NCBI RefSeq assembly: GCF_000007185.1 | Contig: NC_003551.1 | Coordinates: 570,001 to 602,000, forward strand | Direction of reading: 5' to 3' | Length of the DNA stretch: 32,000 bases | From: Methanopyrus kandleri AV19 | Lineage (GTDB): Archaea > JAADCQ01 > Methanopyri > Methanopyrales > Methanopyraceae | Shown here: positions 9,230 to 20,232 of the stretch, piece by piece | Position numbering within the stretch: the first letter of the stretch is position 1 | How the letters are laid out: every line of letters begins with the position of its first letter | Made by a program: the position numbers and the translations under genes | The notes under the pieces: model-generated | Seen by the model: the letters and a program-made list of their open reading frames with translations, nothing else | Told to the model about the DNA's origin: nothing | The model's database searches: none

Positions 9230-10800
9230 CGACCGAACACCCGCCGCAGGCTGGCTTCCAATATCTCGCACCGATTCGACCCTACCGCACCGCAGTACCC
9301 ACAACCTGGACACTCCCGACGGAAACCTCGAGCCGCCTCCTCCGGGGGAACCTCCCGCCACCGCCCGAGAACGCGCTCTCCCCACCGTAGCGACTCCTCG
9401 CTGGCGACCTTCCGGATCTCGCCCTCGGGACGTAACCACCTCCAAACGTGATACCGGAGCCAATCGCGCGGCAACCCGTGCCTCTCGCGGTATCGCTCGA
9501 GCGTTTCCATCCACCCCTCCCAAAGTTCGGGATGTACGCGCTCCGATAGCCTGAAGTCCCCGACTTTGCTCGCCGGGCACATGTAACACCCTATTCTGTC
9601 GAACCCCTCATCGTAAAGCGGGTTGTACGGTAAATCCTTGGAGTGCACGCACAACCAGACGTCCAGGGACGACCAATCGAAGATAGGGGCCACGTTCACC
9701 TGTCCCGGCACCGCGTCGCTGTCCCACACCCTACCCCGCTCGGATCGGGCCTCGGACTCGTACCTTCGGACGCCCACCAGCGTGTAACACCCTCGGCCGA
9801 ACTCGGAGCGAACGTACCTCGTAACAGGGGTGAGCTTCGCGGCCAGCGTGCACCACCTGTTATCTCGAGAAGGAGGTAGTAGAGCTTCCGTCACCCGGTG
9901 GAATATCTCCGGGTCCCCTTCGACTATTTCCACGTCGATACCCACGGCCTCGGCGGCCCGGTCCGCTGCCTCCACGGTCTCCGGCAACTCCATACCCGTG
10001 TCCACGAAGAGCGCGCGCTCCACCCCCGCCTCCGCGGCCACCACTAAGGTGACCAGACTGTCCTTGCCGCCCGAGAAGGAGGCGAAGGTCCGGGACGGGC
10101 TCACGTTCTCCCGGGCGAACGTCACCGCCTCCTCCAGCCGTTCCGAAACGTACTCCTCGTGCGCCCGCGCCACGTCCTCGAAGTCCCTGCCGCGGAAGTA
10201 CGTTGGAGACCCCTCTACGGCACCTCTCACCTCCACGGCCAGTCCGCGGTTCCGGCGGACCATTTCGTCCCCCGACATCCTGGCCCGACCGAAGGCCACC
10301 GGGCGACCCCCGTGTTCGATCACCACCCACTCACCGGGCTCGACGTCGTCCGCGGACGTCACGCCCGGCGCGAACAGGTTCTTCCCCTCCCTCACCGCCT
10401 CCGCGGCCCCACGGTCCACCTCGATCGATTTCCCGCCCAACTCGTGGAGACGCCGCGCCCCCTCCGGCTTGAGCACGATCGTCCAACGGTCCTTCCGTAA
10501 GTCGTACCGCAGCGCCAGTACCGGCTCGGCGGCGACGATCTCGTCCAGGTAATCGAGATCAGGCGCACGATTCGCGAGGAGCAGCTCGTCGTCACGCACG
10601 AGATCGGCCGGTAATCCCTCCTCCACCAAAACCTCACGGATGAACTCCAAGTAGCCGGGGCCTACCGGTCGGAGCTCCGCCGGAGGGGTCACGCGTAGCG
10701 GGTCCGTACCTTCACCACACTCCGGACACCGACGCAGCGGCGTGACGAGCTCGCACTCCTGGCACACGTAGGCGGGGGCCTTACCCGGGAGCTTCTCCAT
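9226..10800 (-). CDS. Zn-ribbon / PUA-like / PP-loop (PAPS reductase-like) protein with C-terminal Cys cluster
   Basis: 524 aa. N-terminal CQEC...CPECG ribbon. The PUA-like segment reads GKNLFAPGVTSADDVEPGEWVVIEHGGRPVAFGRA. PP-loop SFSGGKDS lies in a PAPS-reductase-like core (YESEARS, PIFDWS, GCYMCP). The C-terminal motif is CPGCGYCGAVGSNRC. Confidence 0.75.
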   Translation of the reverse strand: MEKLPGKAPAYVCQECELVTPLRRCPECGEGTDPLRVTPPAELRPVGPGYLEFIREVLVEEGLPADLVRDDELLLANRAPDLDYLDEIVAAEPVLALRYDLRKDRWTIVLKPEGARRLHELGGKSIEVDRGAAEAVREGKNLFAPGVTSADDVEPGEWVVIEHGGRPVAFGRARMSGDEMVRRNRGLAVEVRGAVEGSPTYFRGRDFEDVARAHEEYVSERLEEAVTFARENVSPSRTFASFSGGKDSLVTLVVAAEAGVERALFVDTGMELPETVEAADRAAEAVGIDVEIVEGDPEIFHRVTEALLPPSRDNRWCTLAAKLTPVTRYVRSEFGRGCYTLVGVRRYESEARSERGRVWDSDAVPGQVNVAPIFDWSSLDVWLCVHSKDLPYNPLYDEGFDRIGCYMCPASKVGDFRLSERVHPELWEGWMETLERYRERHGLPRDWLRYHVWRWLRPEGEIRKVASEESLRWGERVLGRWREVPPEEAARGFRRECPGCGYCGAVGSNRCEILEASLRRVFGR

Positions 10801-12349
10801 CCCAGTACCCCCGGTAGACCTCCGCGAACCCCTCCACGCCCAGCCGGTTGACCGCCGCCTCGGTCGCGCGCAGGGCCCGCTCGATCCTCCCGCGCCACGT
10901 GCCCTCCAGGCGCTCGGCGGCCGCGAGCTCCGCCCGCAGTCGATCCAAGGTCACTTCCAGTCGTCCGGGATCGGTGGACCCCTCCACGGGGCGCCGGAGC
11001 GTCCTCTTCAGACTCAGGACTTCGCGGACCTCCTCGACCCGCAGCTTCACCCCTTCCCGTTCGAGCTCCTCGACCACCCGATCCGCCCGCTCGGGGCTCA
11101 TGGGAACTCCTTCGCGGTCCAGCCGCGCCGAGACCCTGCCCACGACCTTGTGCGCCTCCCGGAACGTCAGTCCCGCCCGCTCCGCCACGAGCTCCGCCAG
11201 GTCGACGGCGGCCGCGTGCGATCCCAGGACGGTACCCCGGGCCGCCTCCTCGTCCACGTCCAGTCCCTCGACCACCTTACGGAGCACCCGCACGCACAGC
11301 TCGAACCGGTTCACCGAGTCCCATAGCAGGCCGTTCAACACCTGGAGGTCCCGGTTGTAGAACATCGGAAGCTTACCGTGGACGGCGTCCCCGAGCCCCT
11401 TCAGTCCCGCGACTACGGTCAGCTCGGCCCGGACGAGCTCCAGCGCGTCCGGGTTCTTCTTGTGCGGCATCACCGAGCTCGTCGACGACAGCTCGTCCGG
11501 GGGCTCCACCACCCCGAGCTCGTCGGAGCACAGCTGTATCAGGTCCCCGGCCAACCTGGTCAGCTCCGAGGCCGCGGTGGCCAGTCTCCCGAGGAACTCC
11601 AGGATCGGTCCCCTCAACGCCGTGGCCTCACCGCAGTGCCGCGCCGGTTTCCGGAAGCCCAGCAACGCGGCCTCCCGGTGCCTGTCCACAGGAACCGTCG
11701 ATCCCGGGAACGCGGAGCACCCCAGCGGGCACTCGTCCATCCCCGGGACCCTGAGCAACCCCCGGGCGGAACGCGCGACCGCCGCCGCGTAGGTGGACAT
11801 CCAGAACCCGATCGTGCACGGCTGCGCCCGCTTCAGGTGCGTGTACCCGGCGATCGGTACCTCGGCGTGCTCCCGGGCCAGGTCCAGCAGCGCCCTCCCG
11901 AGCCCGACCAGCTCGCGCGACAGGTCCAGCGCGCGCTCCCTCAGCCGCATCCGCACGCTCGTCGCCACCTGGTCGTTCCTGCTCCTGCCGAGCTGCAGCC
12001 ATCCGGCTTCCTCGCCGACCACTTCGTGTAGCCTCGACTCTATGGCCTCGTGGACGTCCTCGGCGTCCTCGGGCAGCCGGTCGGGACCTTCCTCGAGAAC
12101 CGTTACGAGACCCTCAACGATTCCCGCCGCGGTTGAGCGATCTATCCTCCCGGCCTCCCACAGTGACACCGCGTGGACCACCGAGTTCCACACGTCGCAG
12201 TGGAAGATCTCCCGGTCCTGCTCCAGCGACGATGACAATTCCGCGAAGTCCGGGTCGCGGCCGCCGGAGACGCGACCGCCCCGGTAGGACGGTCTCCCCA
12301 GTGCCAATCTCGTCACACCCACAGGGTCGGTGGGGGTAACTCCGGTCAT
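10781..12349 (-). CDS. argH: Argininosuccinate lyase
   Basis: Fumarate-lyase superfamily signature SSVMPHKKNPD, GYTHLKRAQP, and an N-terminal GGRVSGG block. I prefer ATG at 12349 over GTG at 12388, because the TATA-like TTAAAAGG at about 12403-12412 sits only about 15 nt from 12388. It overlaps the next gene by 20 nt. Confidence 0.88.
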   Translation of the reverse strand: MTGVTPTDPVGVTRLALGRPSYRGGRVSGGRDPDFAELSSSLEQDREIFHCDVWNSVVHAVSLWEAGRIDRSTAAGIVEGLVTVLEEGPDRLPEDAEDVHEAIESRLHEVVGEEAGWLQLGRSRNDQVATSVRMRLRERALDLSRELVGLGRALLDLAREHAEVPIAGYTHLKRAQPCTIGFWMSTYAAAVARSARGLLRVPGMDECPLGCSAFPGSTVPVDRHREAALLGFRKPARHCGEATALRGPILEFLGRLATAASELTRLAGDLIQLCSDELGVVEPPDELSSTSSVMPHKKNPDALELVRAELTVVAGLKGLGDAVHGKLPMFYNRDLQVLNGLLWDSVNRFELCVRVLRKVVEGLDVDEEAARGTVLGSHAAAVDLAELVAERAGLTFREAHKVVGRVSARLDREGVPMSPERADRVVEELEREGVKLRVEEVREVLSLKRTLRRPVEGSTDPGRLEVTLDRLRAELAAAERLEGTWRGRIERALRATEAAVNRLGVEGFAEVYRGYWDGEAPG

Positions 12350-12470
12350 CCCGGGGGGATGGGCACATACGTCGCGGCTGACGTGCACGTCGTTCCCCTA
12401 CGGTTAAAAGGTAACCGGTCAGGCTGCGCCGCGTAGCCGTGAGCGGGGGGAAACGACACTGATATTCCCG

Positions 12471-13118
12471 ATGGCACTCCTCCTCACGCTGATCCTCGCA
12501 TTGGGCTTCACAAGTCTCCCGCTCAACGCCCCACCTCATCTCAGCGCGGACGTGCCCGACACGTACCCCTGGGTCGGTGTGTACCCACCGGACGTGGAGG
12601 TCACGTACGTCAACAACTGGGACCCGAACCTCAACCCGGAACACATCGAGGACTGGAAGTGCATCGCCAGGGAAATCCTCGGTGACCCGAAGTCCTGGTG
12701 GGAGCAGTACACCGCCGGCACACCGCTGGACGAGCTCGTCTACGAGGCCGCCAAGAAGATAGAGTACTGGGTGTCACCCTACGACGACGTCGACCCGCAC
12801 GGCATCAAGTACCGGTACTACTACAACACGAGATACGGCGCCTGGAAGACACTGCAGCTCGGTCGTGGTAACTGCTGCGACCACGCCCACGTCATGGTCG
12901 CCCTGTGCAGGGCGTCCGGCATCGCCATCAGGTACCGTCACGAGGTCACCCGGTTCCCGTGCTGGGGCACGTGCGACCACGTCTGCGTCGAGGTGGGACT
13001 GCCCGAGAACGTCGTCGACGGTAAGTCCCAGGACGTGAAGTGGGTCCGCATGGACCCCACCAACCCCAACTCGCAGTGCGTCCGGCTGAAGGCCACGTAC
13101 CCGAACCTCCCCTTCTAA
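12471..13118 (+). CDS. Secreted transglutaminase-like cysteine protease-fold protein
   Basis: 215 aa with a hydrophobic N-terminal signal-like segment. Cys-His-Asp arrangement: GRGNCCDHAHVMVALCRASGIAIRY ... DHVCVEV ... MDPTN. Confidence 0.6.
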   Translation: MALLLTLILALGFTSLPLNAPPHLSADVPDTYPWVGVYPPDVEVTYVNNWDPNLNPEHIEDWKCIAREILGDPKSWWEQYTAGTPLDELVYEAAKKIEYWVSPYDDVDPHGIKYRYYYNTRYGAWKTLQLGRGNCCDHAHVMVALCRASGIAIRYRHEVTRFPCWGTCDHVCVEVGLPENVVDGKSQDVKWVRMDPTNPNSQCVRLKATYPNLPF

Positions 13119-13202
13119 CCCACACCCGTTGAACCGAAACGGCGATAAACCCGGGTGACCCATCACCGGGCCCGCGAGAGCGGGTCGGCGTGGGCGATGT
13201 AG

Positions 13203-13934
13203 TTGACGTTCGTCACACCACGGGTCTCCCCGACGGAGTCGGACATCGAGGTCGGGTCGTGGAAGGAGATCGAGGAGATCGTATCCTCCCTGAGCTCCGG
13301 ACTAGTTCGTATCACCACCCGCGATCACGAGGACATCTACGACTGTTTCTTCATCGTCGAAGGAGGCGCCGTGGTAGGGGCCTACCTGGGACGTATCCGC
13401 GCCGAGGAGCTCTCGGCCGAAGAGGCCGTTCGGGCCATCCGCGACGTGGTGGATTCCGTCGGCTTCGCGCTCCTCGACGTGTACGAGCTCGAGCCGGAGC
13501 TCCTGGAGCTAATCAAACGCGTGAACGACGAGTGCCTGCTCAAAGAACCCTTCACACCTACCGAGGTCGAGGAAGCCGCACCCGAGGTTGAGGAGCCCGA
13601 GCGGGATGAGCTCCTGGAGAAGTTGGGTGTCGATCTCGACGCGATCTACGAATCCGTGGAGGCCGTGCTCGAGGACTACTTCGAGGAGGAGGATCCCTTC
13701 GAGGAGTTCAAGCGCATGCTCCGGGCCCTCGGGACCCAGGACGCCCGCGTGTACCTGCGCGTGAAGGTACCCGAAGGTGTCGATGAGAGGATGCTCGAGG
13801 AAGTCCGACGCGACCTCGAACACGCCCTGTCCGAGTTCTCGATCGACGGCGTCGAGATCACCCCATCACTTAAGGAGAAGGAGACGGTCACCCTCCGCAT
13901 CCGCGACATCATGAAACGCATCCGGGGCGGATAG
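13203..13934 (+). CDS. Acidic hypothetical protein
   Basis: 243 aa, TTG start (uncertain), strongly acidic and protein-like. It ends 3 nt before the mch start, so it is likely co-transcribed. Confidence 0.5.
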   Translation: MTFVTPRVSPTESDIEVGSWKEIEEIVSSLSSGLVRITTRDHEDIYDCFFIVEGGAVVGAYLGRIRAEELSAEEAVRAIRDVVDSVGFALLDVYELEPELLELIKRVNDECLLKEPFTPTEVEEAAPEVEEPERDELLEKLGVDLDAIYESVEAVLEDYFEEEDPFEEFKRMLRALGTQDARVYLRVKVPEGVDERMLEEVRRDLEHALSEFSIDGVEITPSLKEKETVTLRIRDIMKRIRGG

Positions 13935-13937
13935 CCC

Positions 13938-14888
13938 TTGGTGAGCGTGAACGAGAACGCCCTGCCCCTGGTGGAGCGGATGATCGAGCGCGCCGAGCTC
14001 CTGAACGTCGAGGTCCAGGAGCTCGAGAACGGAACCACCGTGATCGACTGCGGTGTCGAGGCCGCCGGAGGGTTCGAGGCCGGTCTCCTCTTCTCCGAAG
14101 TGTGCATGGGCGGCCTGGCCACCGTCGAGCTGACGGAGTTCGAGCACGATGGTCTGTGCCTGCCCGCCGTGCAGGTGACCACGGACCACCCGGCGGTGTC
14201 CACGCTCGCCGCCCAGAAGGCAGGGTGGCAGGTCCAGGTAGGCGACTACTTCGCCATGGGCTCCGGACCCGCCCGAGCCCTGGCGCTCAAGCCGAAGGAG
14301 ACCTACGAGGAGATCGACTACGAGGACGACGCCGACGTCGCCATCCTGTGCCTGGAGTCCTCCGAGCTGCCGGATGAGGACGTCGCCGAGCACGTGGCGG
14401 ACGAGTGTGGAGTGGACCCCGAGAACCTCTACCTCCTCGTGGCTCCGACCGCGTCGATCGTGGGTTCCGTCCAGGTGTCCGCCCGCGTGGTCGAGACGGG
14501 ACTGTACAAGCTCCTCGAGGTCCTCGAGTACGACGTGACCCGCGTGAAGTACGCGACCGGAACGGCGCCCATCGCGCCCGTCGCCGATGACGACGGTGAG
14601 GCCATGGGACGTACTAACGACTGCATCCTCTACGGTGGAACCGTGTACCTGTACGTCGAGGGTGACGACGAGCTACCGGAGGTCGTCGAGGAGCTCCCCT
14701 CCGAGGCCAGCGAGGACTACGGGAAGCCCTTCATGAAGATCTTCGAGGAGGCGGACTACGACTTCTACAAGATCGACCCCGGCGTGTTCGCACCCGCGCG
14801 GGTGGTCGTCAACGACCTGTCAACCGGCAAGACGTACACGGCGGGCGAGATCAACGTGGACGTGCTGAAGGAGTCGTTCGGCCTCTAA
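13938..14888 (+). CDS. mch: Methenyltetrahydromethanopterin cyclohydrolase
   Basis: 316 aa beginning [40 protein letters not shown] recognise this as the Mch family, and it closely matches my memory of the Methanopyrus kandleri enzyme. Confidence 0.95.
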
Positions 14889-14906
14889 TTCCCTCCCCAC
14901 CGTCCC

Positions 14907-14938
14907 TAACGTTACGTGGTCCATTACGTAAACGTTAT
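14907..14938. repeat. Palindromic intergenic motif, copy 1 (divergent)
   Basis: TAACGTTACG-N10-CGTAAACGTTAT, preceded by CCGTCC as in copy 4. It lies between mch and tRNA-Val. Its right arm (TTATAG) sits about 32 nt upstream of the tRNA and could double as a TATA box. Confidence 0.45.
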
Positions 14939-14969
14939 AGTCGAGTACCGTCGGGAACGGCACAGGCGC

Positions 14970-15046
14970 GGGCCCGCAGTTCAGCCCGGCAGAACGCCGG
15001 CCTTACGAGCCGGTGGTCCCGGGTTCAAATCCCGGCGGGCCCACCA
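14970..15046 (+). tRNA. tRNA-Val (anticodon UAC), CCA encoded
   Basis: Hand-folded cloverleaf. Acceptor GGGCCCG/CGGGCCC, D arm GTTC-AGCCCGGCA-GAAC, anticodon arm CCGGC-CTTACGA-GCCGG, T arm CCGGG-TTCAAAT-CCCGG, discriminator A, then CCA. Position 8 is C. Confidence 0.9.
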
Positions 15047-15132
15047 CCACTAATTGTCACGTGTCTCACAACGTTTTCCAAGAGTGTGGAGGGCCGGATC
15101 TCGCCTTAGCCCCTCTTTCAGGGGTGAGAAAA

Positions 15133-15142
15133 TTTAATATAT
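15133..15142 (+). promoter_or_regulatory. Putative TATA box of the 23S rRNA transcription unit
   Basis: TTTAATATAT is the only AT-rich box in the tRNA-Val to 23S spacer. It lies about 100 nt upstream of the processing-stem sequence. Confidence 0.4.
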
Positions 15143-15264
15143 GACCCCCCCCGCACGGGGGAGTGGCCGCGGAGGATGGGACCCCGGGTAACCCCTGGGG
15201 GGAAGACCCCCAGGGGCCCGGGGTCGACACAAGCCCCCCGACGCCGACCCCGGGCGGGGGCCAA

Positions 15265-18376
<3,112 letters not shown>

Positions 18377-18510
18377 GCCAAACCCGTCCGGGGTCGGCTG
18401 GCCTAAGAAGGCGCTAGTCCAAGGAGGCTCTCGGAGATCGGCTTGTGGAGTCCTCGGTCGCTGTGGTCCGGATGGTCAGTCGCCTCGGTATCGAATGCTT
18501 AGGCCGGTCG

Positions 18511-18535
18511 CGTGAATCGTTATGAATTTCGTAAC
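18511..18535. repeat. Palindromic intergenic motif, copy 2
   Basis: CGTGAATCGTTATG-AATT-TCGTAAC. The 14-nt left arm and 7-nt right arm are identical to copy 4. It is followed by ATTATTTTT. Confidence 0.5.
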
Positions 18536-18696
18536 ATTATTTTTCCAGATATCGAGTTAACTGTTCAGTCCGAAACTAATGTTTTCCTATTTTCCAGACA
18601 GATGTGTTGGAAATGTGAACACATATAACTTATGAATTCGGACATGATTGCGGTTCCCACCTAAACGAGTTCCCCAGAGACCCGGGGGAATCACCC

Positions 18697-19611
18697 ATGG
18701 CTCTTTGGCTGGATGTCCCCGTAGCTCCGACCGATTCGTTCTACCGGAAGTTGTTCGAGGCCGTGTGGCGAATCCTTGGGGACCGGGCCCGTGGGATAGC
18801 TTCGGAGCGGCTTCCAGCCCTCCGTCGCTGCTACACGGTGTCGCCCGACTCCAGCACGTTCCTCTCCGAGAACGTGCCCGGCGTTCGACTGTTAGACGAG
18901 TTCAGGCCCGGTGAGCTCCTGGAGGAGATCCTTTCGGAGACTGTATCGGGTGAGCTCGGCCGCCGGTTCTGGGGCTCGCTGGTGGTCAGCGTGGTAGAGC
19001 GGGGTGACGTCGCCGGTCTGGAAGCTATGAAGAGGTCGATCGAGGCCCTGAGGGCGGTCGACGTGACGCCCTGGTTGGACGCGCTCGCGCTGGACGTGCT
19101 GGTGGCCCTGGCGGAGGACGTCGGTGAGGACATCCTCGGGGATTCGCTCCAGCTGGTCGCCGAGAGACTCGACGTCGACGAGGACGGGGTGCTTCGTGTC
19201 TCTCCGTTAGCGTTGGAGTTCGCGGGGTACTGCTTCGAGATGATCCTGCTGGGCTACGTGGTGGCGTATCGGAAGCCCGAGGAAATCGAGGTGGTTTCCT
19301 GTGACGTCTTCGCGGTGGAGGACGTACGACGGGATATCGAGCGGAGGATCTCGGAGGTCAAGTCCGGGGACCTGGAGCTGGCGGCCGAGGTGATCGAGGA
19401 GGTCTTGGCGCCGTATCTACGGGTGGTCACCGACGTTAGGGGTTACCTGGAGGAGGCCCGGTCGATGGACCCCTCCATCGCGCTGGAGGTCGACGGGTTC
19501 TCGGTATCGATCGCTCCCAAGGAGCTCGATCCGGAGTGGGACAGGCACGTCCAGGAGGCGATCGAGAAGCTGACGGGTTCGGGTGGCAAAGCCCGAAGGG
19601 TTTTTAATTGA
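18697..19611 (+). CDS. Acidic hypothetical protein, no family recognised
   Basis: 304 aa with an ATG start and protein-like acidic composition. There is no competing ORF. Confidence 0.55.
   Translation: MALWLDVPVAPTDSFYRKLFEAVWRILGDRARGIASERLPALRRCYTVSPDSSTFLSENVPGVRLLDEFRPGELLEEILSETVSGELGRRFWGSLVVSVVERGDVAGLEAMKRSIEALRAVDVTPWLDALALDVLVALAEDVGEDILGDSLQLVAERLDVDEDGVLRVSPLALEFAGYCFEMILLGYVVAYRKPEEIEVVSCDVFAVEDVRRDIERRISEVKSGDLELAAEVIEEVLAPYLRVVTDVRGYLEEARSMDPSIALEVDGFSVSIAPKELDPEWDRHVQEAIEKLTGSGGKARRVFN
19601..19609 (+). promoter_or_regulatory. Putative TATA box for tRNA-Leu
   Basis: TTTTTAATT overlaps the stop codon of the preceding CDS. It is centred about 36 nt upstream of tRNA-Leu position 1. 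Confidence 0.35.
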
Positions 19612-19640
19612 GCCGGGGTCGCCGATCACTGGACGCGCCC

Positions 19641-19730
19641 GCGGGGGCGCCCGAGCCTGGTCAAAGGGGCGGGAATGAGGATCCCGTGGCCGTAGGGCCG
19701 TCCCGGGTTCAAATCCCGGCCCCCGCACCA
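19641..19730 (+). tRNA. tRNA-Leu (anticodon GAG), class II, CCA encoded
   Basis: Hand-folded. Acceptor GCGGGGG/CCCCCGC, anticodon arm CGGGA-ATGAGGA-TCCCG, long variable arm GGCC-GTAG-GGCC, T arm CCGGG-TTCAAAT-CCCGG, discriminator A, then CCA. Position 8 is C. Confidence 0.9.
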
Positions 19731-19735
19731 AGCGG

Positions 19736-19761
19736 GAATCGTTATGGGAGTGATAACGTTC
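19736..19761. repeat. Palindromic intergenic motif, copy 3
   Basis: GAATCGTTATG-GGAGTG-ATAACGTTC. It lies between the 3' end of tRNA-Leu (+) and the 3' UTR of the selenoprotein gene (-). Confidence 0.5.
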
Positions 19762-19768
19762 CTCCGAC

Positions 19769-19826
19769 GGCGGCTCGGACCCGGGGGTCCCCTCCTTGCG
19801 GGGTTCCCCCCGGGCGTCATCCCGCC
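19769..19826 (-). promoter_or_regulatory. Archaeal SECIS element in the 3' UTR of the MvhD/VhuD-like gene
   Basis: The minus-strand RNA reads GGCGG-gaugac-GCCCGGGGG-GAA-CCCC-gcaagga-GGGG-A-CCCCCGGGU-ccgag-CCGCC. That gives a 9-bp lower helix, a GAA/A asymmetric internal loop, a 4-bp GC helix and a 7-nt apical loop, starting 8 nt after the stop codon. Confidence 0.75.
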
Positions 19827-19833
19827 GGCACGT

Positions 19834-20232
19834 TCAGGCGAGCGGGCCCAGTTCCTTCGCCCGCTCGTGCATCTCCTTGACGGCGGCGACGAACTTGTCG
19901 GCTTCCGCGGAGGACATGAAGTATATCTCGACGCGCTCCGGCTCGATGCCGAGCTCCTCTAGCAGCTTCTTGGCCGCCTGCACCCGGCGCTCGCACTTGA
20001 GATTACCGTCCTCGTAGCTGCACTCTCCCTTCTTTCATCCGGCGACGAAAACCGTCCACGCGCCCTTGGCGAGCGCCGTCAGGATGTGTTCGATGCCGAC
20101 GCGGCCCGTGCACGGTACCCTCACGATCCTGACGCTGCTGGGGTACTGGGCCCTTCCGGTACCCGCTAGGTCCGCCGCACCGTAGCCTCACTCGTAACAG
20201 CAGAAGGCCACGACGACCGACTCCTCGGACAT
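19834..20232 (-). CDS. vhuD: MvhD/VhuD-like hydrogenase delta subunit, selenoprotein with two UGA(Sec) codons
   Basis: Read by hand on the minus strand: MSEESVVVAFCCYE[U]GYGAADLAGTGRAQYPSSVRIVRVPCTGRVGIEHILTALAKGAWTVFVAG[U]KKGECSYEDGNLKCERRVQAAKKLLEELGIEPERVEIYFMSSAEADKFVAAVKEMHERAKELGPLA. TGA codons lie at 20188-20190 and 20035-20037, where the MvhD family has Cys (CCxxC and AGC). The length is 399 nt, in frame. An alternative ATG lies at 20238. Confidence 0.85.

Noticed and set aside
12350-12388. GTG 12388 as the argH start, and 3957 as the Lon-like start
   Set aside because: The extensions are not conserved-looking. 12388 sits about 15 nt from the only TATA-like box. 3957 overlaps dnaG, whereas ATG 3897 has a GAGGTG RBS.
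18396-18520. 5S rRNA downstream of the 23S gene
   Set aside because: None of the conserved 5S blocks (CCGAAC, GAAGTTAAGC-type loops) are present. Only an inverted-repeat-bounded element of unknown nature is there.
18511-18660. Replication origin (AT-rich DUE plus TTCCA/TGGAA ORB-like repeats)
   Set aside because: No cdc6/orc1 gene is adjacent and there are only two short repeat copies. Its position right after an rRNA gene fits a terminator or promoter better. It is kept only as a low-interest finding.
19744-20191. ORFs 19744..19962 (+), 19796..20017 (+) and 20003..20191 (-)
   Set aside because: They overlap the MvhD/VhuD-like reading frame. That frame has strong family similarity once the two TGA codons are read as Sec, and these ORFs have none.
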